64,000 nucleotides of DNA from Candidatus Peregrinibacteria bacterium (GCA_963708185.1 OY970195.1:1373034-1437033); one strand, 5' to 3'. Positions 29,208-37,967 are shown, counted from the first letter of the stretch. A program made the numbers and translations. Notes: generated by a model from the sequence alone, not told the origin.

Positions 29208-29834
29208 ATGAATATAAAAATCGCTCCATCCATTCTGTCTGCGGACTTCGGCAAGCTCAATGAAGAGATTGCTTCGGTTGAACCGTACGTGGATTTGCTC
29301 CACGTGGACGTCATGGACGGGCATTTTGTTCCGAACATCACCATTGGCGCTCCGGTGGTGCGCTGCATCAAGAGCAAACTGCCGCTGGATCTGCATTTGA
29401 TGATCCAACATCCGGAAAGATTCCTGGAAGATTTTGTGAAAGCGGGAGCCGCCAGTATCACCGTGCATCAGGAAGCCTGTGTTCATTTGCACCGGGTGGT
29501 TCAGCAGATCAAATCTTTAGGCGTCAAAGCCGCGGTGTCGATCAATCCCGCCACGCCGCTGGAAATGATCGAGGAGGTGTTGGACGACGTGGATATGGTG
29601 CTGATCATGAGCGTGAATCCCGGTTTCGGGGGGCAGAAATTCATTGAGCACGTGCTCGGGAAAATTCGTGAACTGCGCAAGTTGAAGCCGGATCTGGACA
29701 TTGAGGTTGACGGCGGCATCAACGCTGAAACCGCCAGGCAGTGCGTGGAAGGCGGCGCGAATATTTTGGTTGCGGGTTCGTATATTTTTGGCGCCGAGGA
29801 TCGAAAAAAGGCGATCGAAAGTCTGCGGCCGTAG
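29208..29834 (+). CDS. rpe: Ribulose-phosphate 3-epimerase
   Basis: APSILSADF, HVDVMDGHFVPN, MSVNPGFGGQ, VDGGIN. Confidence 0.96.
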   Translation: MNIKIAPSILSADFGKLNEEIASVEPYVDLLHVDVMDGHFVPNITIGAPVVRCIKSKLPLDLHLMIQHPERFLEDFVKAGAASITVHQEACVHLHRVVQQIKSLGVKAAVSINPATPLEMIEEVLDDVDMVLIMSVNPGFGGQKFIEHVLGKIRELRKLKPDLDIEVDGGINAETARQCVEGGANILVAGSYIFGAEDRKKAIESLRP

Positions 29835-29895
29835 TTATTTGAGATTTCTTGGGAAAGATCCGGCCCGCGTACACACGCGGGCCGGACCAATGCCC

Positions 29896-30627
29896 TTATT
29901 CTTTGTAGTGTTGAAATGCCCCCGTCAGGGAGTCGACGATTTTCTCCGTTTTTTTGCCGAGCTTGAGCCGGGCGATAACGCTCAGGATTGCCATGACCAT
30001 GGCGATGCCGAGCAGGGTGTTCGGGACCATGGTGCCGTAGTTCATCCAGTGCTGGTCCAGAGGCAGGCAGGTGAGAAGGCAGAAGAGTTGGATCAACGCC
30101 TTCAGCTTGCTGAATCCGGACGCGGAATTGGTGCGGACGCTGTTTTCGAAAAGACTGAACGGACGACGGATGAGCGTGCCGCTGACTTCAGCGGCGATCA
30201 TGACGGCGACGAAGTGTCCGATGAAGATGCCTTTCCACCAGAAGAAGACGATCGGGGGCAGAAACGTCAGCTTGTCGATCAAAGGATCGAGCCATTGCCC
30301 CGTTTCGGTCTTTCCCGGGTGTTGGGGGTCATTGAGGTTCGCGAGAGCGTTTGCGACCTTCCCGTCCATGCGGTCCAGGACGCAGGCAAAGACGACAATA
30401 CAGTACCCGATGAAGACGTTCATGCGAAAGTAGATCAGGTATCCGATCATCGTCGCGGGCAGGCGCCAGAAGGTGATCCAGTTCGGGGACAACCCGGGCA
30501 GCTTGCCGGTTTTCTGCAGTACTTTTTCGGGCATTCCCAGCAGCATCAGACCGATGATCAACCCCACAGCGAGGTAGAACAGCGGCTTGAACTCAACGGG
30601 GAGATCAAACGGTTCGGAAGAACCCAT
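29896..30627 (-). CDS. CDP-alcohol phosphatidyltransferase family protein
   Basis: PNWITFWR, DRMDGKVA...G.WLDPLIDK motif; start uncertain (30627 or 30645). Confidence 0.85.
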   Translation of the reverse strand: MGSSEPFDLPVEFKPLFYLAVGLIIGLMLLGMPEKVLQKTGKLPGLSPNWITFWRLPATMIGYLIYFRMNVFIGYCIVVFACVLDRMDGKVANALANLNDPQHPGKTETGQWLDPLIDKLTFLPPIVFFWWKGIFIGHFVAVMIAAEVSGTLIRRPFSLFENSVRTNSASGFSKLKALIQLFCLLTCLPLDQHWMNYGTMVPNTLLGIAMVMAILSVIARLKLGKKTEKIVDSLTGAFQHYKE

Positions 30628-30792
30628 GGGTTTACCTCCTTCCATAGGGCTTACGTCGGTTGACGGTGTTTTTTCAAAGAAACAAAGACAAGGGGAAGTC
30701 TCCGGGCAACACACTCAAGCAGAAGCAAAAGTCGTTGAACGGAAGGCTCAACTTTATGACTCTTCAGCGGAAAAATCAAGCGCGTTTTTGCC

Positions 30793-31476
30793 TTATTGCT
30801 TGACGATCTTGAAGTTGAACATCGGTGTTTTGAGCGCACCCCACAGACGGAGCCAGACGGGGAGCATCATTTCCATGCCGCGTGCCGCGGTGATGTCGCC
30901 AAGGTCGTTGATGTTTTTCCAGCCGTAGCTCTTGAGGATTTCCGTGACTTTGGCCTTTGCGTCGGCGTCGTTGCCGCAGAGAAACATGTCGTGATCGGCA
31001 TTCGCAAGCTGCTGAGGGTTCACCTGGAGCAGGGCGTTCGTGGTGTTGAACGTTTTGACGACTTTGGCTTCCGGAAACGTCCGCTGGACCTCTTCCCCAA
31101 GGGAGTCGGTATTGCACACCGTGAGGGTGGGCGGCATGCCTTTGGAAAAATCCAGGGGGTTGGCGATGTCCACGATGATCTTGCCGTTGAGGTTCTCGGC
31201 TCCCACGCTTTTGAGTACGTCCAAAGCGCAGTCTCCTTTGAGGGCGTCATAGACGATTTCGCCGTGGGCGGCCGCGTCCCTGAAGGTTGCGAGTTTGACC
31301 GAGGGGTTTTTCTTCTGCCATTCCGGGAACGGCACGTTGTTCATGGCGTCGGTTTTGGTGTCGGCCATTTTTTTAGCCACGTCTTCGGTTCCGATCATGA
31401 CGTCGTGGCCAAGCGAGGCAAGTTTTTCAGCGTGGGAACGGCCAACGATTCCGGTGCCGAGTACTGCGATTTTCAT
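30793..31476 (-). CDS. NADP oxidoreductase (F420-dependent NADP reductase-like)
   Basis: GTGIVG Rossmann motif, DIANPLD, VVKTFNT. Confidence 0.85.
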   Translation of the reverse strand: MKIAVLGTGIVGRSHAEKLASLGHDVMIGTEDVAKKMADTKTDAMNNVPFPEWQKKNPSVKLATFRDAAAHGEIVYDALKGDCALDVLKSVGAENLNGKIIVDIANPLDFSKGMPPTLTVCNTDSLGEEVQRTFPEAKVVKTFNTTNALLQVNPQQLANADHDMFLCGNDADAKAKVTEILKSYGWKNINDLGDITAARGMEMMLPVWLRLWGALKTPMFNFKIVKQ

Positions 31477-31506
31477 AGTGGTTGAGGTGAGAGGATTGAA
31501 TGCGTT

Positions 31507-31857
31507 TTACTTTTGCAAATTTTCCTTTGCCCTGAACTTCACCATTTTGGCGATCAGTTCCAGGGGAAGCGGTTTGTCCAGAGGGAATTGGATCGCGCCT
31601 TTCGACATTTTATACGGAGAAAGTTCCTTCTTGAACGCTTTGATCGCCGAAGGTTTCGGGTAAAATCCAATGTGTTTCGCGTAGCCGGCGAACCACACCA
31701 GCATGCCGTTCAATTTGTAGCCGGGCATGCCGTAGCTGATGACCTCTTCGGCCTTCGGCGCGGCTTTTTTTATCGTTGCACGCAGCTGTTTGAGCATTTT
31801 CTGGGTGTTGCCGTGAAACGCGGCGATGTATGCGGTGACGAGGTCAGTTTTAGTCAT
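31507..31857 (-). CDS. YdhG/DUF1801 family protein
   Basis: EEVISYGMPGY...HIGFYP...KGAIQFPLDKPLP. Confidence 0.85.
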   Translation of the reverse strand: MTKTDLVTAYIAAFHGNTQKMLKQLRATIKKAAPKAEEVISYGMPGYKLNGMLVWFAGYAKHIGFYPKPSAIKAFKKELSPYKMSKGAIQFPLDKPLPLELIAKMVKFRAKENLQK

Positions 31858-31902
31858 GGACTTTAATATACCATTGATCGGAGTGAGAGTGCAGCATGGC
31901 TT

Positions 31903-32499
31903 TCATTCATCCCCAACATTTCCCGTCTTTACTTCTCCGGCCCGCTTGTAGTTCGCCATAATCACGCCGCCCGGGGTGACGGTGCTCTCCGTGAGAGTAA
32001 AGGCTGCAGGGATCGTGCCCTCCGCAAACAGCTTTTTGCCCTGGCCAAGTGTTAACGGGTAGGTTACAAGCCGGAGTTCGTCAACGAGGTCGTTTTTTAG
32101 CAGCAGCTGAATGAGCTTGCTGCTGCCCCAAACATTGAGGTCGGAGCCGTCTGAGTTTTTGAGTTTCTTGATGTCTTCCAGGCTTTTGAGAAACGTGGTG
32201 TTTTTCCAGTCCGATTTTTCAAGAGTGTTGCTCAGAACGTACTTCATGCCGTCATTGATACCCGGCCACACATCTGCGTGCTCCGGCCAGTAGCCGGCAA
32301 AAATTTCAAACGTTTTTCTGCCCAGCAGATACTCTGCGGGCTGCATATTTTTTTGGAAGAACTCACTCCCGTTGGCATTCGTATACGGGGCCGTCCAGCC
32401 GCCATATTTGAAACCTTCTGCCGTATCTTCCTTGGATCCGCCGGGTGCTTGCATCACCCCGTCCAGGGTCATCATTGTTATGACGATGATTTTTCTCAT
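31903..32499 (-). CDS. Dihydrofolate reductase-like (RibD C-terminal domain) protein
   Basis: TLDGVMQAPG, LLGRKTF, GSSKL..L....LVDE, LGQGKKLF. Confidence 0.88.
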   Translation of the reverse strand: MRKIIVITMMTLDGVMQAPGGSKEDTAEGFKYGGWTAPYTNANGSEFFQKNMQPAEYLLGRKTFEIFAGYWPEHADVWPGINDGMKYVLSNTLEKSDWKNTTFLKSLEDIKKLKNSDGSDLNVWGSSKLIQLLLKNDLVDELRLVTYPLTLGQGKKLFAEGTIPAAFTLTESTVTPGGVIMANYKRAGEVKTGNVGDE

Positions 32500-32599
32500 A
32501 ATAGAATTTTTTAATTAATAATATTTTCATGTATTTTGGTGTTATCTGCACGGATCATCGGGTAAACAGTATATAATTCCGCCGGCAGTGTAAGGGAAA

Positions 32600-33181
32600 T
32601 TAGTGTAATTTTTGTTGTTTCTTCATCATTTCCAGAAGAATTTGCATCCGTTTTTCTCTGGTCTCCGGCTTCTTTGCTGTTTGTAATCGCCAGGCAATTG
32701 CATATATGTTTGCCTTATTCAGTGTTTTAAAAAATTCGTAGGCCTTCCGGTCTTTTTTAAGTATCGCCAGGAAATCAGCGGGAATTTCCATTTGGCCGGG
32801 GGAATCGTAGGCCTTGTCCCATCTGCCATCTTTTTTCGCGGTCTCTATTTCTTTGAGTCCGGATGGTTGCATGCGCTTTTCTTCGATAAGCTGGATCGCT
32901 CGTGTTTTATTTCGTTTTGACCATATGCTCTTTGATCTGCGCGGCGTAAATTTTTGAAGCCAGGATTTTTCATCATAGGCTTTTTTCTGGCCGTCGATCC
33001 AGCCAAAGCAAAGCGCTTCATCCAATGCCTCGTCATAGGTGATCGTTGCCTCGGCGGAATTTTTCTTGAAAATTCGAAGCCAAATACCATTATTGGATAT
33101 GGCATAATTTATTGCAAGCCATTCCTTCCATTGCTTTGAGGATGGAAACGATTTAATGGGGGTTTCAGTAACTTTCTCCAT
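32600..33181 (-). CDS. YdeI/OmpD-associated family protein
   Basis: EALCFGWIDG, FTPRR.KS.WS..N, AKKPETR.KR. Confidence 0.88.
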   Translation of the reverse strand: MEKVTETPIKSFPSSKQWKEWLAINYAISNNGIWLRIFKKNSAEATITYDEALDEALCFGWIDGQKKAYDEKSWLQKFTPRRSKSIWSKRNKTRAIQLIEEKRMQPSGLKEIETAKKDGRWDKAYDSPGQMEIPADFLAILKKDRKAYEFFKTLNKANIYAIAWRLQTAKKPETREKRMQILLEMMKKQQKLH

Positions 33182-33188
33182 AAAATTT

Positions 33189-33407
33189 TTATTTATTTTT
33201 TTCAGATGCTATCCAAAGATACATCAAAAAGGCCGGAACAATATATGGAAAAATTCCATACAAAGTATCACTCACTGAATGGGAAGTGCTGTCCACGAAT
33301 AAGAAAATACGCACGCAGAAAAATATAAACACGACGGTAATAATAATGCCCTGCCATGATGTGGGTATATATGTCCAGCCTGTTTTTTTAAACCAGGAAG
33401 TTTTCAT
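33189..33407 (-). CDS. Small two-TM membrane protein
   Basis: WFKKTGWTYIPTSWQG followed by two hydrophobic stretches. Confidence 0.7.
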   Translation of the reverse strand: MKTSWFKKTGWTYIPTSWQGIIITVVFIFFCVRIFLFVDSTSHSVSDTLYGIFPYIVPAFLMYLWIASEKNK

Positions 33408-33461
33408 GATGTTGGTAATACATTAAAGTTTTTTATTATACTATGACAATCAAAATATGTC

Positions 33462-33580
33462 GCCTAACGTTTCAGCATATGCGATATTTGCTGGTGGTAT
33501 AATAGCGAATGAAGTGAGCCACCACCAGCAAATATGGGTGAGCGAAGTGCAATGAGCGAACCGTATATGCCGTGTTAGCG
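33462..33580. repeat. attC-like recombination site 1 (atypical)
   Basis: GCCTAAC...GTTAGCG ends; nested inverted repeats GCATATGCG/CGTATATGC and ATATTTGCTGGTGG/CCACCAGCAAATAT. Confidence 0.75.
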
Positions 33581-33684
33581 GGTGTACATTTCTTTATGAA
33601 ATCTTTTGAGTACGGGAGCCACTTAACTCTATTGATTTACTGCCTCCAGCAATAGTATATTGCTGTTGTATTAATGTAAAAAAT

Positions 33685-34023
33685 ATGGTTGCTCTCAAAC
33701 GAATATATGAAAAATCCGAAATGGGTGATGGTTATAGAATTTTGGTTGATAGATTGTGGCCACGAGGTGTTTCGAAAGAGAAGGCCGCTTTGAATTTGTG
33801 GCTCAAAGATGTTGCGCCGTCAAATGAACTCCGCGCATGGTTTGGGCATGACCCACAAAAATGGTCGGAATTTAAAAAACGGTATGAAAAAGAACTTGCG
33901 ACCAATGTTGTTTTTGGCGAGCTGAAAAGTATTATTAAAAAGAGAAAAAATGTCACGCTCCTTTATGCAGCTAAAGATGAGGAACATAACGAAGCAGTTG
34001 TATTGAGGGATCTTGTATCATAA
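33685..34023 (+). CDS. DUF488 (YeaO-like) family protein
   Basis: KRIYE...DGYRILVDRLWPRGVSKE...APSNELR.WFGHDP. Confidence 0.9.
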   Translation: MVALKRIYEKSEMGDGYRILVDRLWPRGVSKEKAALNLWLKDVAPSNELRAWFGHDPQKWSEFKKRYEKELATNVVFGELKSIIKKRKNVTLLYAAKDEEHNEAVVLRDLVS

Positions 34024-34044
34024 CGGAAAAGTACATATTGAAGC

Positions 34045-34971
34045 ATGATTTCCATTCAAAAAAACGTTTCGCTCAAAGAGCTCACAACTTTTAAGCTTGG
34101 GGGTGTTGCCGACTATTTTATTTCAGCTGGTAATCCTGAAATCTTACACGAGGCGCTCGTTTGGGCGCGCGAGCGGCAACAGCAGGTTTTTATATTTGGC
34201 GGAGGGAGTAATCTCCTCGTCAGTGATTCAGGTTTCAGAGGAACGGTTATTCAATATACGAACAAGTCTATGAATATCGACAATACCATGATTCACGTGG
34301 CTTCAGGTTGTTTGCTTTTGGATCTGGTAAATTTCGCTGGGGCGTCCGGCCTGTCGGGATTGCAAAACCTAACCGGTGTCCCTGGCACGGTCGGTGGCGC
34401 TGTCCGTGGCAATGCTGGTGCATTTGGGGTGGAGATGAAAGATATTGTCTCCGAAGTTATTGCCTTACATCAGTTCACGGGCAAAATAAAGACATTTACC
34501 GTTCAGATGTGTGAATTTGGATACCGGGATAGTTATTTTAAGGCACACCCCGAGTGGGTTATTCTCGAAGCAACCATTACTCTTCATGTCGGCAATCGGA
34601 GAAAGATACTTGCTGATGGTGCTTCAATTCTGGCACGGAGAAACGCCAAGCAGATTCAAAATATACAGAGTGCCGGTTCAACATTTATTAACCCCGTGGT
34701 GAACGGTGGACTAAGGAAACAATTTGAAACAGAAAAAAATGTTATCTCCCATGGCGGCCGTGTGCCGGCCGGTTGGCTCATAGAAAAGGCGGGCCTTCGC
34801 GGTGTGCGTATTGGTGGTGCCAGGAGCAGTGAAATGCATCCAAATTATCTCATCAATATGGGCGAAGCGACGAGTGCCAATGTGAAAGAGTTGATTGAAC
34901 TGATCAAACAAAAGGTCACTGAAAGGTTTGGTGTCGAACTGAAAGAAGAAATCAAATATCTCGGGTACTAA
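34045..34971 (+). CDS. murB: UDP-N-acetylenolpyruvoylglucosamine reductase
   Basis: TTFKLGG.A, GGGSNLL, PGTVGGAVRGNAGAFG, FGYRDS, SAGSTF.NP. Confidence 0.9.
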   Translation: MISIQKNVSLKELTTFKLGGVADYFISAGNPEILHEALVWARERQQQVFIFGGGSNLLVSDSGFRGTVIQYTNKSMNIDNTMIHVASGCLLLDLVNFAGASGLSGLQNLTGVPGTVGGAVRGNAGAFGVEMKDIVSEVIALHQFTGKIKTFTVQMCEFGYRDSYFKAHPEWVILEATITLHVGNRRKILADGASILARRNAKQIQNIQSAGSTFINPVVNGGLRKQFETEKNVISHGGRVPAGWLIEKAGLRGVRIGGARSSEMHPNYLINMGEATSANVKELIELIKQKVTERFGVELKEEIKYLGY

Positions 34972-35031
34972 TGGACAACATATTGTTCTTTTAAAAAACT
35001 GATCGAAGGAAAGAAGAGAAAAATGTATTTC

Positions 35032-35145
35032 ATATAACGTTTCGCACTGGGCGAAGTTTTGTGCTGGTATAATGTGCCGAAGGCCACCAGCGCAAAATTT
35101 GGGTGGAGTGAGTCATCGAACGGAACCGCCTAGTGCGTGTTAGCT
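35032..35145. repeat. attC-like recombination site 2 (atypical, same family as site 1)
   Basis: ATATAAC...GTTAGCT ends; CGCACTGGGCG/CGCCTAGTGCG and TTTTGTGCTGGT/ACCAGCGCAAAA stems. Confidence 0.75.
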
Positions 35146-35208
35146 GATGTATTCCTTTTCTTTTCCGACGATAGTCGGTTGTTTTAAAAATTTTCAAATT
35201 TCTTTTTC
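35139..35208 (+). repeat. Left ~70-bp inverted repeat of cassette 1
   Basis: GTTAGCTGATGTATTCCTTTTCTTTTC...TTGTTTTAAAAATTTTCAAATTTCTTTTTC is the imperfect reverse complement of 40500-40572. Confidence 0.85.
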
Positions 35209-35209
35209 C

Positions 35210-35333
35210 GTTTTGGGTGGTGGGCAGAGGGGAATTAAAGGGGTGAATGCCCGCCACCCAAAACTCCTATTTCTTTTTCGTTTGAGGAAGGGGCAAGAGG
35301 GGAACAAAAGGGGTGAATTGCCCCTTCCTCAAA
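35210..35333. repeat. Two tandem hairpins with different stems and near-identical 21-nt G-rich loops
   Basis: Stems 35210-35226/35248-35264 and 35281-35296/35318-35333; loops GAGGGGAA(TT/CA)AAAGGGGTGAA; 70-bp period. Confidence 0.85.
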
Positions 35334-35342
35334 TAGATCATC

Positions 35343-36668
35343 TTAGCTTATAATTACATCTTGTTTAGATCTAGCAATACAAAGATTGTCAATTATTGCG
35401 AAGCATTCAACATGATGATTCCCGGCATATGCAGTTGATTCTGGGTCATTTCTGGTTTTACCGTCAGTGATTTCACCACGTGGCTGAGAACAAGAGTTAT
35501 CATTCTTAACTTTCCATTTGTATTGATTTGCGCTTGTGGAATTTGCTTCTATACGGAATTTAATAGAATTTTTTTTACCTACTCGTCCGCCATTTGTACT
35601 TATTTTGTAAGCGTATTCTCTAAATCCATCTTTCTTTCGTAAATAGCCATCAATTTCAAAGCTTAGTGTGTCGTCAATGCAAACTGGAATACCAAAATCA
35701 AATAAGAATTTTTCCTCGCTCTTTCTCACATAAAAATCAACATGGAGTAATGTACTAAATTGATTTGTGTCAGTAATTTCTTCAAGTTGCATCAAAAAAT
35801 GGTCTCTTGCTTTTATAATTTGTTGTTTTTGGTTGATTGTTAATTTGGCGAGATAATCATCAATGAATTTGCCATTATTGGCCCGGTCGGCGATTTTGTT
35901 TGGATTTTCAATGATGCTTGGTAGATCAATGAAAAATCCAAAAATGGCATCAAATATTTCTAGGCCGCTATTTTCTTGGAAATATTTTGTTATGATTTGT
36001 TCTATATGAAATGATTTTAACTTTAAATTCTCATTATGTTCTGCAAGGTTCATCTTCCATGCTTTGAGTATTTTTACAGTTTTTCTGAAGTCACCTTTTG
36101 AAGTCTGGTCGGTGTCGGTGGCGACTTTGATATAGCCGCGCGGATCAGAAATTATCCAATCCATTTGTTTATGTGCTTCTGATAATTCTTTATAAAAAGC
36201 ATTTCTACGCTCACCATGCTTTTTCTTAAGTACTTCGGGGACTTTATAGGTGTCTTGCTGAAATTCATTTTTCGAATATTTAAAAGCCGGAACAATATCT
36301 ACAGAAAGAATTTCTTTGCCATTATGATAATACGTTATTGTTACAGAATGTGTTTGGAGACCGGCTTCAATATTATAGTCTGTTGGATTTTCATAATCTC
36401 TTTCAATTTGATCATATAAACTTTGCAACGCATATGCAGGACTGTGATTGACTTCATCCCAAGAGCCTAAAATATAGAGGATATCAAGATCATGTACTGG
36501 GGTAATGGAAGTAAATCGAGGATACGAGCCAATCTGTATACAGTTGTTTACGCCTAATAATTTGTTAAAAGATTCATAGACCTTGCTGATCAAAGTCTGC
36601 TCTCCTATTTTGGGAGAGAGTTTTCTCGCTTGCTCTCTAAATTGTGAATTAAGTTTATCTTTTTTCAT
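35343..36668 (-). CDS. CD-NTase (SMODS/cGAS-DncV-like nucleotidyltransferase) with C-terminal AGS-C-like domain
   Basis: QIGSYPRFTSITPVHDLDIL, SVDIVPA, SDPR, LKSFHIE; C-terminal YKWKVKN...PRGEI...ESTAYAGNHHVECF. Confidence 0.85.
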   Translation of the reverse strand: MKKDKLNSQFREQARKLSPKIGEQTLISKVYESFNKLLGVNNCIQIGSYPRFTSITPVHDLDILYILGSWDEVNHSPAYALQSLYDQIERDYENPTDYNIEAGLQTHSVTITYYHNGKEILSVDIVPAFKYSKNEFQQDTYKVPEVLKKKHGERRNAFYKELSEAHKQMDWIISDPRGYIKVATDTDQTSKGDFRKTVKILKAWKMNLAEHNENLKLKSFHIEQIITKYFQENSGLEIFDAIFGFFIDLPSIIENPNKIADRANNGKFIDDYLAKLTINQKQQIIKARDHFLMQLEEITDTNQFSTLLHVDFYVRKSEEKFLFDFGIPVCIDDTLSFEIDGYLRKKDGFREYAYKISTNGGRVGKKNSIKFRIEANSTSANQYKWKVKNDNSCSQPRGEITDGKTRNDPESTAYAGNHHVECFAIIDNLCIARSKQDVIIS

Positions 36669-37191
36669 AACTTGTCGTTATCAGAGTTGTAATAATGTCA
36701 TTCAAAAGTCTCCCGCGAAAATTAACCAGCGTTGTATTTGGCGTATTGCTTATTTCATCACGAATGTGATCTGAGATTCTATTTTCTTGGGAGAATTCAG
36801 GAAAGTAGAAAATCATACCCGCGCTACTTTTTTTATTTGAAAGAATGCTTTTTATCTGGTCTTCATTGAATGATTGATAGTGAACCAGTAGTAAATCGTG
36901 GTTTTTAACATCTGAAATTGATGCCTCTGTTATTGCGGAGCTAATATTTTTTTCTCTAAAAATCCCCGAATCGGTTAAGTCCTTTTTGAGGACAGAATAC
37001 ATATCGGGCTTTGCTACTATTGCAATTTTTCTAAACCAACGTCCATGACCTAAGCGCAAAAGTAGAGGGGTTATACCCATTAGCCAAAACACAAAATTTA
37101 GTAAAATTCCGATTAGGAGGAGGGTTGCAGATATTCCACCAAAAATTATAAAAATGGGGTGGCTATAAAAATTTAGTATCTGTTCAAGCAT
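36655..37191 (-). CDS. Putative CBASS effector: N-terminal TM plus small alpha/beta (NARF-like Rossmannoid) domain
   Basis: Hydrophobic N-terminus, then KIAIVA...DLLLVHY...MIFY...VNFRGRLLNDI; overlaps the CD-NTase start. Confidence 0.6.
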   Translation of the reverse strand: MLEQILNFYSHPIFIIFGGISATLLLIGILLNFVFWLMGITPLLLRLGHGRWFRKIAIVAKPDMYSVLKKDLTDSGIFREKNISSAITEASISDVKNHDLLLVHYQSFNEDQIKSILSNKKSSAGMIFYFPEFSQENRISDHIRDEISNTPNTTLVNFRGRLLNDIITTLITTSYEKR

Positions 37192-37237
37192 ATTCTAGAA
37201 AGAGTTATTGATAAATTTTGATTGTGGATAAAAAGAT

Positions 37238-37292
37238 TTGCAATTTGTAAGTGTTTCAATTATGATTGAAGTGTACTTGAAAGAAATTTGAA
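37238..37292 (+). promoter_or_regulatory. Promoter TTGCAA-17-TATGAT with overlapping palindrome and TTGAA repeats (putative LexA-like operator)
   Basis: TTCAAT-tatg-ATTGAA palindrome at 37255-37270; TTGAA at 37266, 37277 and 37288 (11-bp period). Confidence 0.55.
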
Positions 37293-37301
37293 AGTCAAAC
37301 T

Positions 37302-37967
37302 ATGCTAACCAAGAAGCAAAAATTAATCTACGATTTCATACGTGAATACGTTGAAAAGAATGGAATATCGCCATCTTTGGATGAGATTGCTGAACACTTC
37401 TCCGAATTTTTAGCATATCCATCGTCAGCACACTATCATGTAAAAAAGCTCCAGGAAGAAGGTCTTTTAGAAAAGGAAACGAACCGTCCACGCTCAATCG
37501 CACTTTATGATGATAAAACCATTAAAAGTCCTGTTTTGACCCAAAAGGGTATGGATGCGGTTAGAATTCCAATTTTAGGTGCGGCCAATGCGGGGCCTGC
37601 TACTTTATTTGCTGAGGAAAATATTCAGGGTTACTTGAAAATTTCAAGGAGTCAACTTCCTAGAACGGAAGGAGTGTTTGCATTGCGCGTTATTGGAGAT
37701 TCGATGAATAAAGCGAAAATTAACGGAAAAAATATTGAAGAAGGCGATTATGTTTTGATTGACTCAACGAACAATGATGCAGATAACAATGATTATGTTT
37801 TATCTGTGATAGATGGTTGTGCCAATCTAAAGAAGTTAAAGAAAAACGAAGAAGAAGGGGTTGTGCTAATGTCAGAATCGACCAATTTGAAACATAAGCC
37901 AATTTTCGTATCAAGTTATGACGACTTTATGATAAATGGAAAGATATTTGATATTATAAAAAAGTAA
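37302..37967 (+). CDS. LexA-like S24 autopeptidase repressor
   Basis: LTKKQK.IYDFI...GISPSLDEIA wHTH, ANAG cleavage site, GDSM Ser, NLKK Lys. Confidence 0.88.
   Translation: MLTKKQKLIYDFIREYVEKNGISPSLDEIAEHFSEFLAYPSSAHYHVKKLQEEGLLEKETNRPRSIALYDDKTIKSPVLTQKGMDAVRIPILGAANAGPATLFAEENIQGYLKISRSQLPRTEGVFALRVIGDSMNKAKINGKNIEEGDYVLIDSTNNDADNNDYVLSVIDGCANLKKLKKNEEEGVVLMSESTNLKHKPIFVSSYDDFMINGKIFDIIKK

Noticed and set aside
32500-32599. Third attC-like site around GTGTTATCT
   Set aside because: No matching TAAC end or nested inverted repeat found.
35210-35333. Possible mini CRISPR array (conserved 21-mers 70 bp apart)
   Set aside because: Only two units, the variable parts are self-complementary stems rather than spacers, and there are no cas genes.
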